Positions 18,791 through 27,083 are shown, numbered from the stretch's first letter. The stretch is DNA of 64,000 nucleotides from Gaiellaceae bacterium (GCA_035514135.1 DATKBJ010000046.1:6147-70146); one strand, 5' to 3'. The notes: generated by a model not told the origin, from the letters alone. A program made the numbers and translations.

Positions 18791-18833
18791 GCAGATCGAG
18801 GGAGAGCCGCGTGCCGGCTCTCCCTCGATCTGC
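18791..18833. repeat. Perfect 19-bp inverted repeat with 5-nt spacer
   Basis: GCAGATCGAGGGAGAGCCG cgtgc CGGCTCTCCCTCGATCTGC, read directly. Confidence 0.9.
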
Positions 18834-19113
18834 GGGCTGACAGGGCTGCTCACTCAGGTCGGGTTCGCCCACCGTTTCGGCATCTCTGCGCTTATCGAGC
18901 GTTAACGACTTCCGCCTACGCGCCTGCTGTGCGGGCGTCGGTCTCGCCGTGGCCTGCGCTCCGCAGGCTACGAACTGCAAGCAGACCTGCAGGCAGACAC
19001 CGTCCACGCGCCTGCCACGGCCTTCCGCGTGGCGGAGATCGGCGCAAGCTGATTCCGCCCTGTTCCTGCGTCCGCGCGGTAGGACGTGGAACTGCGCGGA
19101 ATCTTCGGTCGCG

Positions 19114-19155
19114 TTGCCATGCAGAAGGTCGTCGGTTCGAGCCCGATCATCCGCT
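19114..19155 (+). other. tRNA-Gly(GCC)-like 3' half (anticodon loop to discriminator). Probable att-site remnant, not a functional tRNA
   Basis: The parts are: TTGCCAT (U33, GCC anticodon, A37), GCAGA, variable AGGTC, T-arm GTCGG-TTCGAGC-CCGAT, acceptor 3' strand CATCCGC, and discriminator T as in bacterial tRNA-Gly. The upstream 40 nt cannot form matching acceptor, D and anticodon 5' strands. Confidence 0.55.
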
Positions 19156-19425
19156 TCAGAAAGCCCCGGAAATCGGGGCTTTTTGTTTTCTCGATGGCAA
19201 CATGTGTCCCGGATGTGTCCCCGAATTGCGCGCGCTTGTCGGTGACCTTCCGCCCCGGTGAGTCTCGGTACTCACAGGGCCGAGCCAGTTGCGGATCGTC
19301 TTCTGCGACACCCCGACCCGCTCGGCGATCGCGCGCCCGGAGAGGGACGTCTGCTCGCGCGCCGTCTTGGACGTCCAGCCCGAGGCGTATCCTCCCGGGT
19401 GAGTTGCCACCGCAGCCAACGTCAC
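19156..19425 (-). pseudogene. Helix-turn-helix protein fragment (excisionase / transposase-N-terminal-like)
   Basis: SLSGRAIAERVGVSQKTIRNWLGP is a clear HTH. The rest of the ORF is low-complexity and runs through the terminator hairpin. Confidence 0.3.
19162..19189 (+). terminator. Intrinsic terminator
   Basis: AGCCCCG-gaaat-CGGGGCT followed by TTTTGTTTT, immediately after the tRNA-like fragment. Confidence 0.75.
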
Positions 19426-19661
19426 CGCCGCCCACGAACATCCCGTGGGGCTCGCTGTCCCCGCGGTCGCTGGCGATCGTCAGGGAGGTCGGCCTGCGCC
19501 TGACCGCGGGCTACAGCTTCACCGAGGTCGCCGCCATCCTCGACCACGAGCGCCCGGAGATTCCGGACGCCCCGATCTCCGCCCGCGGCATCACGAAGGG
19601 CTGGGTACAGACGCGGCTGCGCGAAGCAAGAACTGAGATCCGCGAGATCGCATCGAGCTAG
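19404..19661 (+). CDS. Possible small HTH protein (sigma-70 region 4 / LuxR-like)
   Basis: SLAIVREVGLRLTAGYSFTEVAAILDHE ... TRLREARTEIREIA. The only plausible start in frame is TTG at 19404. Confidence 0.3.
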   Translation: MPPQPTSPPPTNIPWGSLSPRSLAIVREVGLRLTAGYSFTEVAAILDHERPEIPDAPISARGITKGWVQTRLREARTEIREIASS

Positions 19662-19823
19662 CGCTGGGTCGGTGCTTCGTCGGCGAACGCCGTCATCGCG
19701 TAGACACCGCTCCCGCCGCGCCCAGCGTGAGGAGTAGTAACTCCTCTCTCATTACCATCCTCTCGTTGGACGGAACCCGGCGGATCCGCCGCACCGAGCG
19801 GAGCGGTTGGCTACCGTCTGCCC

Positions 19824-20123
19824 GTGGACTTCGACGAGGACATCGTCTGGATCACGACCCGCCGGATCCGTCCTGGCACGTATGACGAGTTCCGGAAGGC
19901 ATGGAGGCCGAGCGAATTCCCCGGAGGCATGCTCAGCGCGTACGAGTGCTACTCCGAAGATCGCAGCGAGGTCGTCGGCATTTCGGTATGGGACTCGCTC
20001 GAGTCGCGTGAGCGCTACCGGCTCTCGCAGGTCGAGACGGAGCGCCAGCGAGCGATGGCGCCGTTCGTCGAGGCTGTGAGCTCGGGCCTCTACGTCGGCC
20101 GCAAGCTCGAGATGCGGGCCTGA
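19824..20123 (+). CDS. ABM (antibiotic-biosynthesis-monooxygenase)-like dimeric alpha/beta-barrel protein
   Basis: 99 aa. The sequence IVWITTRRIRPGTYDEFRKAW ... VVGISVWDSLESRERY ... has typical ABM size and pattern. Confidence 0.55.
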   Translation: MDFDEDIVWITTRRIRPGTYDEFRKAWRPSEFPGGMLSAYECYSEDRSEVVGISVWDSLESRERYRLSQVETERQRAMAPFVEAVSSGLYVGRKLEMRA

Positions 20124-20125
20124 CG

Positions 20126-20300
20126 CTACAGGAAGCGAGCAGGTGGTTCGTCGATCGCCAGGCAGAGGGTCTCGCCGAGAAGACGATTACGGACGTCCGA
20201 TGGTCGCTGGGCGCGGATGGAACATGACCGAGGCGATACCCGAGCTGGGCGATCTTCCCAGAGCATCGGGTCGGGTAGCCGCAACGCAGGGAACGTAGCG
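20126..20300 (+). pseudogene. Tyrosine-recombinase N-terminal (SAM-like domain) relic
   Basis: LQEASRWFVDRQAEGLAEKTITDVRWSLG, then a stop, then IPELGDLP in another frame. Confidence 0.35.
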
Positions 20301-20991
20301 CTCGGCGGTCGGCCGATGTACCCCGCGGGCATGACACGCCGTTTCGCTCGAACATCTCACCTGGCTCCAAGTCTCAACTCCACTGGCGTCCTTTCCGATC
20401 ATGGAGTTGGTTGCGATGAGCTTCAGACGACACAAGAAGTACTTCGTATTCATCAAGGACCAAGAAGGCGGCACGCACCGCTACCTCCTGCACGCAACAA
20501 GTCGCAGGCGCGCGAGGACGGATGGGGAGGATTGGGCGGGCGAGGCTCTTGTCGGAGTCGAGCGAGCCGACGTTGCGAGGGCTAGAGGACTGCTTCCTGC
20601 GGCGGCCCGTACCTTCGCCATTGGCGGAACCGCCATCGCGGGGATGATGATCGTCGGATTGCACCTCGCAGGCGCCCTCTAAAGCCGCTCTCGCCGTCGG
20701 CTCTCAGATCCACGTCGATGCGGGCGAGGCGGTCTCCGAAGGTCGTCGCAGGTGGACGAACCGCGAACTCGGACATGTTGTGTGGTGGCCTCGCGCAGGT
20801 TAGTCCGCGTCGAACTCATCGAGGTCAAGCTTCACGGAAGGCCGGTACCAGTCCTCGTACTCATGCCCGCGGCGAGGGCAGCGACGGCGATCGTCGGCGG
20901 CGGGCTTTCTAACGCGCAACATTCGTCCCGGGTCTGCGTCTAGTTCTGGAAGACTTAGCAGGGTCAGGGGAATCGGGGAGCTGGGCCCGCA

Positions 20992-21063
20992 ATGTGGATA
21001 TTGATCGTTGGAGGCGCAATCCTCGCGACGCTCCTTATCGCGTTCGCGTGGAAGACTAAGTAG
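20992..21063 (+). CDS. Candidate 23-aa hydrophobic peptide
   Basis: MWILIVGGAILATLLIAFAWKTK. GGGGAG lies about 12 nt upstream. The local patch is AT-richer by eye. Confidence 0.2.
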   Translation: MWILIVGGAILATLLIAFAWKTK

Positions 21064-21099
21064 CCGCTCGCGCAATGTCCGTCGTGCGGCTGTGCAAGT

Positions 21100-21240
21100 A
21101 TGGCGCGTCCCATGACGCAGCTGGATCGCCGCCGCCACGCCATGGATCAAGCGCCCCGCAACTGGGGCTTGCTCCTTCTTACTGTGCTCTGTATTGAGTT
21201 CTGGATACTCGTGGCGACCACGATCGCGGACTCCGTCTAG
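21100..21240 (+). CDS. Candidate 46-aa single-TM peptide
   Basis: MARPMTQLDRRRHAMDQAPRNWGLLLLTVLCIEFWILVATTIADSV. Confidence 0.2.
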   Translation: MARPMTQLDRRRHAMDQAPRNWGLLLLTVLCIEFWILVATTIADSV

Positions 21241-21945
21241 CGACGAGTCCGGACTTGATCCGCCCTCAGTGCCCGGATCCTCGCGGGATGGGCTTCAAGG
21301 GCCTCCAGCGCCGGCTGAGCGAGCGGGACGACCCGTCGCGAGTGCTCGGTCCTCCCGTACGTGCGGAGCTCGCCGCCGAACGAGCACGCGGCGGACGTGG
21401 AGCACCTTCGCCGCCTTGTCGACGTCGCGGCGCTCAAGCGCGAGCAGCTCCGATGCCGTAGCTCCGTCAGGCAGCCCACGAGCGGAAGCGCGCGGTAGTG
21501 GTTGAGCAGCTGCCGAGACGGAGTCGACCTCGGCGAGCGTCGCAAAGGGGACGATCTCCGTCCGCTTCGGCTCCGGGTTCGGAATTGCCTTCGCCGGGTT
21601 CGTGTCGACCAGGCCGACGGCCACCGCATAGCCGAGGAGCTGCCGAAGTGCTCTGACGATGTGCCAGGTCGATCCGGTCGGCAGGGTCGCCCGCCACGCC
21701 CGAAGCGGCGACGTGCTGCGCGAGGTACTCGTCGACGAGCCTGCAGCGTCGGCATGTCCCGGCGCCTGAGGGTGGGGAGGTCCCCACGCCGAAGCGCGAG
21801 GACCTCATCCACCTTTCCGTCGAGCCATTCGCGAGCACCCGTGCGCGTCGCGAAACCACCCTGGAAGCGCCGAGCGCCCGCCTCGTCGTAGTAACGGACG
21901 CCCCACGACTTGCCACGGCGGGTGTCGAGCCGCGTCGTCTAGCTG
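21237..21945 (-). pseudogene. Phage-type tyrosine integrase, frameshifted and 3'-truncated
   Basis: Minus-strand pieces lie in three frames. They read: GKSWGVRYYDEAGARRFQGGFATRTGAREWLDGKVDEVLALRRGDLP; LVDEYLAQHVAASG; AVGLVDTNPAKAIPNPEPKRTEIVPFATLAEV; ASELLALERRDVDKAAKVLHVRR; and GELRTYGRTEHSRRVVPLAQPALEALEAH. The catalytic H-x-x-R ... Y region is absent. Confidence 0.7.
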
Positions 21946-22086
21946 GCATGAGCCAGCCCCCTCTCAGCGCAGAGGCCCCCGAGCAACGCGATCGGGCCGC
22001 GCGCCCGGGGGCGACGCGCATTTTCGCAACGTGCTCGGAAGGTGTGCGGGCCTAATCCACACGCCCCGGCGTACGTCAGGGAAAGG

Positions 22087-22566
22087 ATGGAGGCAAGACC
22101 CGCCCGCGGACTGTATGCGCTCAAGTTCGGCTTTTCGGAAGCCGATTCCAATGGAGTGGCAACGTCCAGCGCACCGTCGGAGAAGCCGCGGGGTCGACCC
22201 CGTGTGTTCTCCGAGGCGGCTCTCCGCCAGGCCACAGAGTTCTCGTACGCCCGACGGGTCAGAACCTCGAGGGGCGCGCAGGATCTCGTCTATCGGATGT
22301 TCGCCGTTGCTGCGATTGAGCTCTATCAGGAGGCGTACCCCGAAAAGGGCCAGCCGCTCAGCTGGTTGCTCGCGCCGCACCGCCGTCACACCTTGCTCTC
22401 GGAGCTCGGTCGCATTGCAAAGCCAAGGTCGGGTGTCCAGGGCAGGCTGGAGTGGAGCGAGGAGGACGTTTCGCAAATGATCTCGGCCGCGCTGGAGATC
22501 GCCGAGATCAAGCCTTCCACGAAGGCTGGAGTGGCAAGGATTCGGGCACTTCGTAGGCAGCACTAG
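22087..22566 (+). CDS. Hypothetical protein (mobile-element cargo)
   Basis: Coherent 159-aa ORF starting at the ATG that follows GGGAAAGG. No recognisable motifs. Confidence 0.45.
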   Translation: MEARPARGLYALKFGFSEADSNGVATSSAPSEKPRGRPRVFSEAALRQATEFSYARRVRTSRGAQDLVYRMFAVAAIELYQEAYPEKGQPLSWLLAPHRRHTLLSELGRIAKPRSGVQGRLEWSEEDVSQMISAALEIAEIKPSTKAGVARIRALRRQH

Positions 22567-22704
22567 ACGCAGATTGCGCGCCTCCGCTGCGATTCTCGCG
22601 GCGGCCCGACGCGATGCTCCTCAAGTCAGTCGAGCACCTCCGACTCTCGGAACCTGACGACGCGTCCGAGCTTGAAGCCGGGTCGACGGCCGGCCCGAAC
22701 CAGC

Positions 22705-22991
22705 TCACCCACTACCCCCGGCGTCGTCGCTGAGCACGTCTGGCGCCTCGACCACGGGCTCGTCTGACGTAGCGCGACGTTGGGATGTCTTCACCCGCGC
22801 GATGACGCGCTCGCGGTTCTTCGCGTAGCAGGCACGCGACTTCGCCCGCTGCTTCTCGGGTCGGCGGCGTAGCGCTTTCGGTCGCGAGCTCGGTAGCGGC
22901 AGCGGTCCGAGCAGAAGCGCCGGCTCGCTCGGCCGCGCCAGGGGTCCCACTCGATCTCACATCCGCACTCCTCGCAGAGATCCCTAGTCAT
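22705..22991 (-). pseudogene. Zinc-ribbon protein, apparently frameshifted
   Basis: MTRDLCEECGCEIEWDPWRGRASRRFCSDRCRYRARDRKRYAADP continues sensibly only after a frame change near 22860, as EKQRAKSRACYAKNRERVIARVK. The total length is not a multiple of 3. Confidence 0.4.
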
Positions 22992-23108
22992 GACGTTTCT
23001 TTCCCCGCTCGCGCTCACCGAGGGTCATCCGCCGTGGCATCGGGTGAGCCCCCACGTCGTGATGACGTTCGGCGGCTTCGCGTGCCGCCGCTCAGCCGAC
23101 CGGCAACG

Positions 23109-23270
23109 TCACGCAGCTTTCTTCGTTGCGTCCTTGCCCGTGCCCTCGCACTCCGGGCACTCGTCCACGATGCGCTCCCCGCGGATGGGGGCGGGGACGT
23201 AGCAGGATCCCTGGCACTCGGGGCACGAATCTTCCGCGAAGTCGTGCTGCCTCCTCCACGCGCTATACAC
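23109..23270 (-). CDS. 53-aa DnaJ-type zinc-finger mini-protein
   Basis: This ORF is not in the track because it is under 60 aa. The GTG start overlaps the upstream TAG. Translation: VYSAWRRQHDFAEDSCPECQGSCYVPAPIRGERIVDECPECEGTGKDATKKAA, with two CPEC(x)G motifs. Confidence 0.45.
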   Translation of the reverse strand: MYSAWRRQHDFAEDSCPECQGSCYVPAPIRGERIVDECPECEGTGKDATKKAA

Positions 23271-23475
23271 AGTGGTTCTTCTTCTCTTCCTCGAGTGGTT
23301 GCCAGCTGTCCCCGTCCGCTCCCTTGATCAAGAACGAGCTTGCAGCCGCCGTTGGCTCGGGCGTCTGGTTGTCTGCGATCACCGCGCCAATGTCACGGAT
23401 CGATCGAAAACGACCGTCGAACTCGCCGCGCTCTCCGCTCATAGTCCATTGAGCAATTAGTTTCGTCGTATTCAT
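23263..23475 (-). CDS. Hypothetical 70-aa protein
   Basis: MNTTKLIAQWTMSGERGEFDGRFRSIRDIG... lies in an AT-richer segment. Its stop overlaps the start of the next small ORF. Confidence 0.4.
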   Translation of the reverse strand: MNTTKLIAQWTMSGERGEFDGRFRSIRDIGAVIADNQTPEPTAAASSFLIKGADGDSWQPLEEEKKNHCV

Positions 23476-24165
23476 CCCAGTTGCGCCCCGCAGTGAGCGA
23501 GACGGCTTCTCCTCCCCTTGTGTCCCAGCGTGTCCATCGCACGGTATCCCCCTGGCGGGGCAGTGCAATCCCTCGAACGAGCCTTCTCAGCCGCGCGTCG
23601 TGTTCTCAGCCCACAGCGATCGGCCGACGACGAAGACTCAGCGAAGGTGACGTTCGGAGAACGTGAAGAGCCCTAGCGATCGAGTCGAGTTGCCGTCTGA
23701 GGAACTAGTGCTGGCGGCTGCTCCGCTCGAAAAGCCTGCCCGGGTTGACAGCCGCCAGCCGAATCGTGGACGTGCCGGCTGGCCACTCCGCAACCTGCTC
23801 GGCGGGCAAGCGAGCGGTCGGAGGCGGCGGAGGCCCAACGAGCTTCAATGCTGCGAACGGGCCGTTCTGATTACGAGCAGACCCACCCCACAGGGCACGG
23901 GCTGGACGGTGGTGATGGTCGCCTCACCTCCGCAGACCTGGACGCAGGAGGTGTACGTGGTCTGCGCCAACGTCGCTCCGTAAGGCGTGCTCTGGCGAAG
24001 CGCATGCACCACGCGCGTCACGCGGCCTACCGCGGGTGCAGGCTCCCCAAGTCCATAGGAGCCGGCGTGACGAGCCCCGTCACCGACACGGTGACTACCA
24101 GGGTTCAGAACTGTCGCTAAGCGGGTAAAGCCCCTCAACGCAAACATCGACGAAGGGGGTGTGTC

Positions 24166-24243
24166 ATGCCAGTGTGGGCTTGGGTACTCATCATCGTGTT
24201 GTTGGTCCTGCTGCTAACCGGCGGCGTCTACGGACGCCGATAG
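24166..24243 (+). CDS. Candidate 25-aa hydrophobic peptide
   Basis: MPVWAWVLIIVLLVLLLTGGVYGRR, preceded by GAAGGGGGTGTGTC (strong SD). Confidence 0.35.
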   Translation: MPVWAWVLIIVLLVLLLTGGVYGRR

Positions 24244-24334
24244 CCGGACCGAGCCAACGCGTTCGACGACCCGAGAACCGTTCCACGACCCAAGAACTCC
24301 GTGGTCGCGTCAAGAACAGTGAAGGAGGACGATC

Positions 24335-24754
24335 GTGCTGACCCGCTCTAGAGACACTCAGATGGACAAGGCAAAGCGAACAATGCGTGACGTTGCGAAG
24401 TACGTCCAGGAGGTCGCCCACGACGAGCGGCTTCGCTCCGATGTGGGCGCCGCCCTTGCACACGGGTCGAAGGCCGGCGACCGGCTCAAGAAGGACATCG
24501 CGGCGGGCGGCGGTATCTACTCGAGGCTGTCGTCTGACAGGAAGCTCCGAAAGAACTTCCGAGCCATGCTCGACGACCTCGACGCCGCCAGTAATCGCGT
24601 GCGGCACAAGAAGAGCCATCGCATTCGCAATCTCGTGCTGATGCTCGCAGGGGTAGTGGCAGCCGCTCTTGCATTTCCGAAGATTCGGCCGTGGCTCACG
24701 GAGCGCACGGGTAGCTTCGGAACCGGGACTACCGAGCCGGACACAGTGACATGA
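24335..24754 (+). CDS. Hypothetical protein with C-terminal TM anchor
   Basis: GTG start 5 nt after GAAGGAGGA. The N-terminal part is charged and helical, followed by the TM segment NLVLMLAGVVAAALAFPKI. Confidence 0.6.
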   Translation: MLTRSRDTQMDKAKRTMRDVAKYVQEVAHDERLRSDVGAALAHGSKAGDRLKKDIAAGGGIYSRLSSDRKLRKNFRAMLDDLDAASNRVRHKKSHRIRNLVLMLAGVVAAALAFPKIRPWLTERTGSFGTGTTEPDTVT

Positions 24755-24766
24755 GCGAAGGCGTAC

Positions 24767-24805
24767 GTCTCGGCTAGCGCGACAGCAGTCGTCGCTGGCC
24801 GAGAC
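24767..24805 (+). terminator. Imperfect long hairpin after 24335-24754
   Basis: GTCTCGGC ... GCCGAGAC outer stem, with partial inner pairing. Confidence 0.3.
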
Positions 24806-25112
24806 GCTCGGGCGGCGAGAGGGCGTCCTGGAGCGAGAGATTCGCGAGCTCAGCTGCGGGAGTAGGCCCCGAGTTCCAATCTCGGCGCCCCGACTGGGAC
24901 ACACGCGGCGCGGCGCGCGGTCGTCCGGGATGGCCACCGCCGTGAAGCTCCACGCCAGGATCACGCCGACCCCTCGGCTCGTGCCTGCAGCACGGAGCCG
25001 TAGACGACCACGAAGCTCGGCAGGAAGACCGCCAGCGCCGCAGCTGGCCAGATCATGGGACAGGCATAGGCCCGGCGTCGTAGCTCCGCGATCCCCTACA
25101 TCGGCACGGACG

Positions 25113-25143
25113 ACACCGGGGCCGCGGAGAGCGGCCCCGGTGT
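25113..25143 (-). terminator. 13-bp perfect GC-rich hairpin downstream of the protease gene
   Basis: ACACCGGGGCCGC-ggaga-GCGGCCCCGGTGT, 15 nt beyond the stop at 25158. No U-tract. Confidence 0.5.
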
Positions 25144-25157
25144 CGCGCCTTGTGAAA

Positions 25158-26987
25158 TCAGGGCTTGGCGACCGTGATCGACTTCGTCGTCGCGCCATCC
25201 GAGCTGGCCGTGAGCGTCACGGAGCCCGTTCGCTTCGGGATGCCGGTCTTCGTCACCGTGCACGGTGTCGAGCCGCATGTTCCCGAGCCCGTCGTGCCGT
25301 TGCTCCAAGCCCACGAGACGGCAGCGCCGTTGTTCGTGGTGACGGAGACGTTGGCAGTCCACGAGGAGCCGGTGCTCGAGCTCGAGCTCGACAGGGAGAT
25401 CGTCGTACCGGAGCTCGAGCTGGTCGGCGTCGCCGACGCCTCGTTCGAGTTGCCGGACTCGTTGTTCGACGCGTCGACTGCGCTGACGACGTAGTAGTAC
25501 TTCGTCCCATTCGTCACGGTCGTGTCGTTGTAGTGAGACGAGCCCACGAGCGAGCTGGTGTTGAGCTTCTCGTACCCCAACCCCGACTCCGTCGAGCGGT
25601 AGACGTTGTAGCCCACGAAATCGTCGGTGTTGTCCGCCCAGTCGAGGCTCACGGAGCCGCTGCCGGCCGTCGCGGTCAGGCTCGACGGTGCAGCAGGCGG
25701 GGTCGTGTCGCCGCCGCCCCCGCCGGATCCGGGTACGGTCGCGGGGTTGAACAGGGATGTGTTCCTGACGTCGAGCAGCGGCTCGCGCTTGCCGTCGCCG
25801 GTGTCGTTCGGCCCACCGTCGTCGACCCAGTTGAAGTTCCCTGCTTTCGTGAGGACCTCGTAGAGGTTCTGGACGTCCGTCCAGTCGGTCGTTGGAGTCG
25901 CGCCCGACGCAAGCAGCGCCAGACCGCCTGCCGCATGCGGTGAGGCCATCGACGTCCCGCTGATCGTGTTGTAGCCCCCACCGAGCCAGGTCGAGAGGAT
26001 GCAGACACCCGGTGCCGCGATCTCGATGGTCGAGCCCCAGTTCGAGAAGTCCGCAAGCGTGTCGTCCTGGTCGGTGCGGCATGTCGACGTGCCGTTGCCG
26101 CCGTCAGTCCCGTCGAAGTCCGCGAGCGCAGACACGGTCAACACCTTCTCCGCTCGCGCCGGGCTGTAGTCCTTGGCGTCGGCGTTGGAGTTGCCGGCTG
26201 CCACGGCGAGGGCGACCCCGGCACCTGCCATGTCGTTAGCAGCCTTGTCGAGCGCGTCCGACGCGCCTCCGCCGAGGCTCATGTTCGCGACCTCGATGAT
26301 GTCGGCGCGCGCGGTCACCCAGTCCATCCCGGCCACGATCCAGGACGTCCACCCGGATCCGTTGTTGTCGAGGACGCGGACGGCCCAGAGACGCGCCCCC
26401 GGCGCCACGCCGACGACACCGGTGGCGTTGTCGATCGCCGCGACGGTTCCAGCGACGTGCGTGCCATGCCCGTTGCCGTCGTCACCGCCCGATCCGCAGC
26501 TGCTCGTGAACGGGCCTCCTCCGGCGCAGTTCGTACTGCCCACGACGTTCAGATCAGGGTGATCCAGGTCGATCCCCGTGTCGATGATCGCGACGTCGAC
26601 GTCGATGCGCTCGTCGTCCGTCCCGTCGATGTCGAGGTTTCCGTTCCCCGGGGCGAAGATCCGGTCGATACCCGTCGGCACGGTCTGTTCGGAGATCGTG
26701 AACAGCTGGTCGGCCTCGACGTACGCGACCTGCGGGTTGCGCGCGATGCCAGCCGCCCCCTGCGCGGGAATCCGTACCGAGAAGCCGCGCAGAGCGTGCT
26801 CGTACACGAAGCCGACCTGGCCTCCGTGAGCCCGAGCGAGGCCGTCGGCTGTCGCTCGTACGTTCACGACGCCGGGATCGAGCACGACGATGTACGTGCC
26901 GTGCGCCGGAGCCTGTGCGGCTGCGGCAGTGGTAATTACCGCCGCCAGTAGCACGAGTGCTGCCATGGCGCGTCCGAATCGGAGCAT
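25158..26987 (-). CDS. Secreted S8 (subtilisin-like) serine protease with I9 propeptide, FN3 domain and Ser/Thr-rich C-terminal extension
   Basis: Signal peptide MLRFGRAMAALVLLAAVITTAAAAQA. Catalytic D (VAIIDTGIDLDHPDL), H (GHGTHVAGT) and S (SGTSMASPHAAG) are present. The FN3-like segment is LTATAGSGSVSLDWADN...YNVYRS...TKYYYVVSAVD. An alternative start is at 27008. Confidence 0.9.
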   Translation of the reverse strand: MLRFGRAMAALVLLAAVITTAAAAQAPAHGTYIVVLDPGVVNVRATADGLARAHGGQVGFVYEHALRGFSVRIPAQGAAGIARNPQVAYVEADQLFTISEQTVPTGIDRIFAPGNGNLDIDGTDDERIDVDVAIIDTGIDLDHPDLNVVGSTNCAGGGPFTSSCGSGGDDGNGHGTHVAGTVAAIDNATGVVGVAPGARLWAVRVLDNNGSGWTSWIVAGMDWVTARADIIEVANMSLGGGASDALDKAANDMAGAGVALAVAAGNSNADAKDYSPARAEKVLTVSALADFDGTDGGNGTSTCRTDQDDTLADFSNWGSTIEIAAPGVCILSTWLGGGYNTISGTSMASPHAAGGLALLASGATPTTDWTDVQNLYEVLTKAGNFNWVDDGGPNDTGDGKREPLLDVRNTSLFNPATVPGSGGGGGDTTPPAAPSSLTATAGSGSVSLDWADNTDDFVGYNVYRSTESGLGYEKLNTSSLVGSSHYNDTTVTNGTKYYYVVSAVDASNNESGNSNEASATPTSSSSGTTISLSSSSSSTGSSWTANVSVTTNNGAAVSWAWSNGTTGSGTCGSTPCTVTKTGIPKRTGSVTLTASSDGATTKSITVAKP

Positions 26988-27083
26988 TAAAGAGTCCACC
27001 TGTAGCATTGTACCCTCGACAGCAAGGTAGTCGATCTCGGCGCGCGTTACTACCGGACGGCAATCAGCGGCAGGAACGATGAT

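Noticed and set aside
18627-19158. Possible tmRNA (ssrA), because the T-arm/acceptor fragment is preceded by GGAACTGCGC and by GTTTCGGC-like strings reminiscent of actinobacterial tmRNA
   Set aside because: No 5' strand complementary to CATCCGC lies at a plausible distance. There is no tag reading frame ending in a hydrophobic Ala-rich tail plus stop. The fragment fits a tRNA-Gly anticodon loop and variable loop better.
23845-24147. Thr/Cys-rich stretch (TTYTSCVQVCGGEATITTVQPVPC) that looks superficially like a lanthipeptide core
   Set aside because: There is no leader-like region and no lanthipeptide synthetase, dehydratase or transporter nearby. The ORF overlaps equally long ORFs on the other strand.
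24961-25056. 31-aa hydrophobic ORF MIWPAAALAVFLPSFVVVYGSVLQARAEGSA on the minus strand
   Set aside because: There is no ribosome-binding site. The neighbouring frame continues with membrane-like sequence, so it is more likely a scrap of a destroyed membrane-protein gene.
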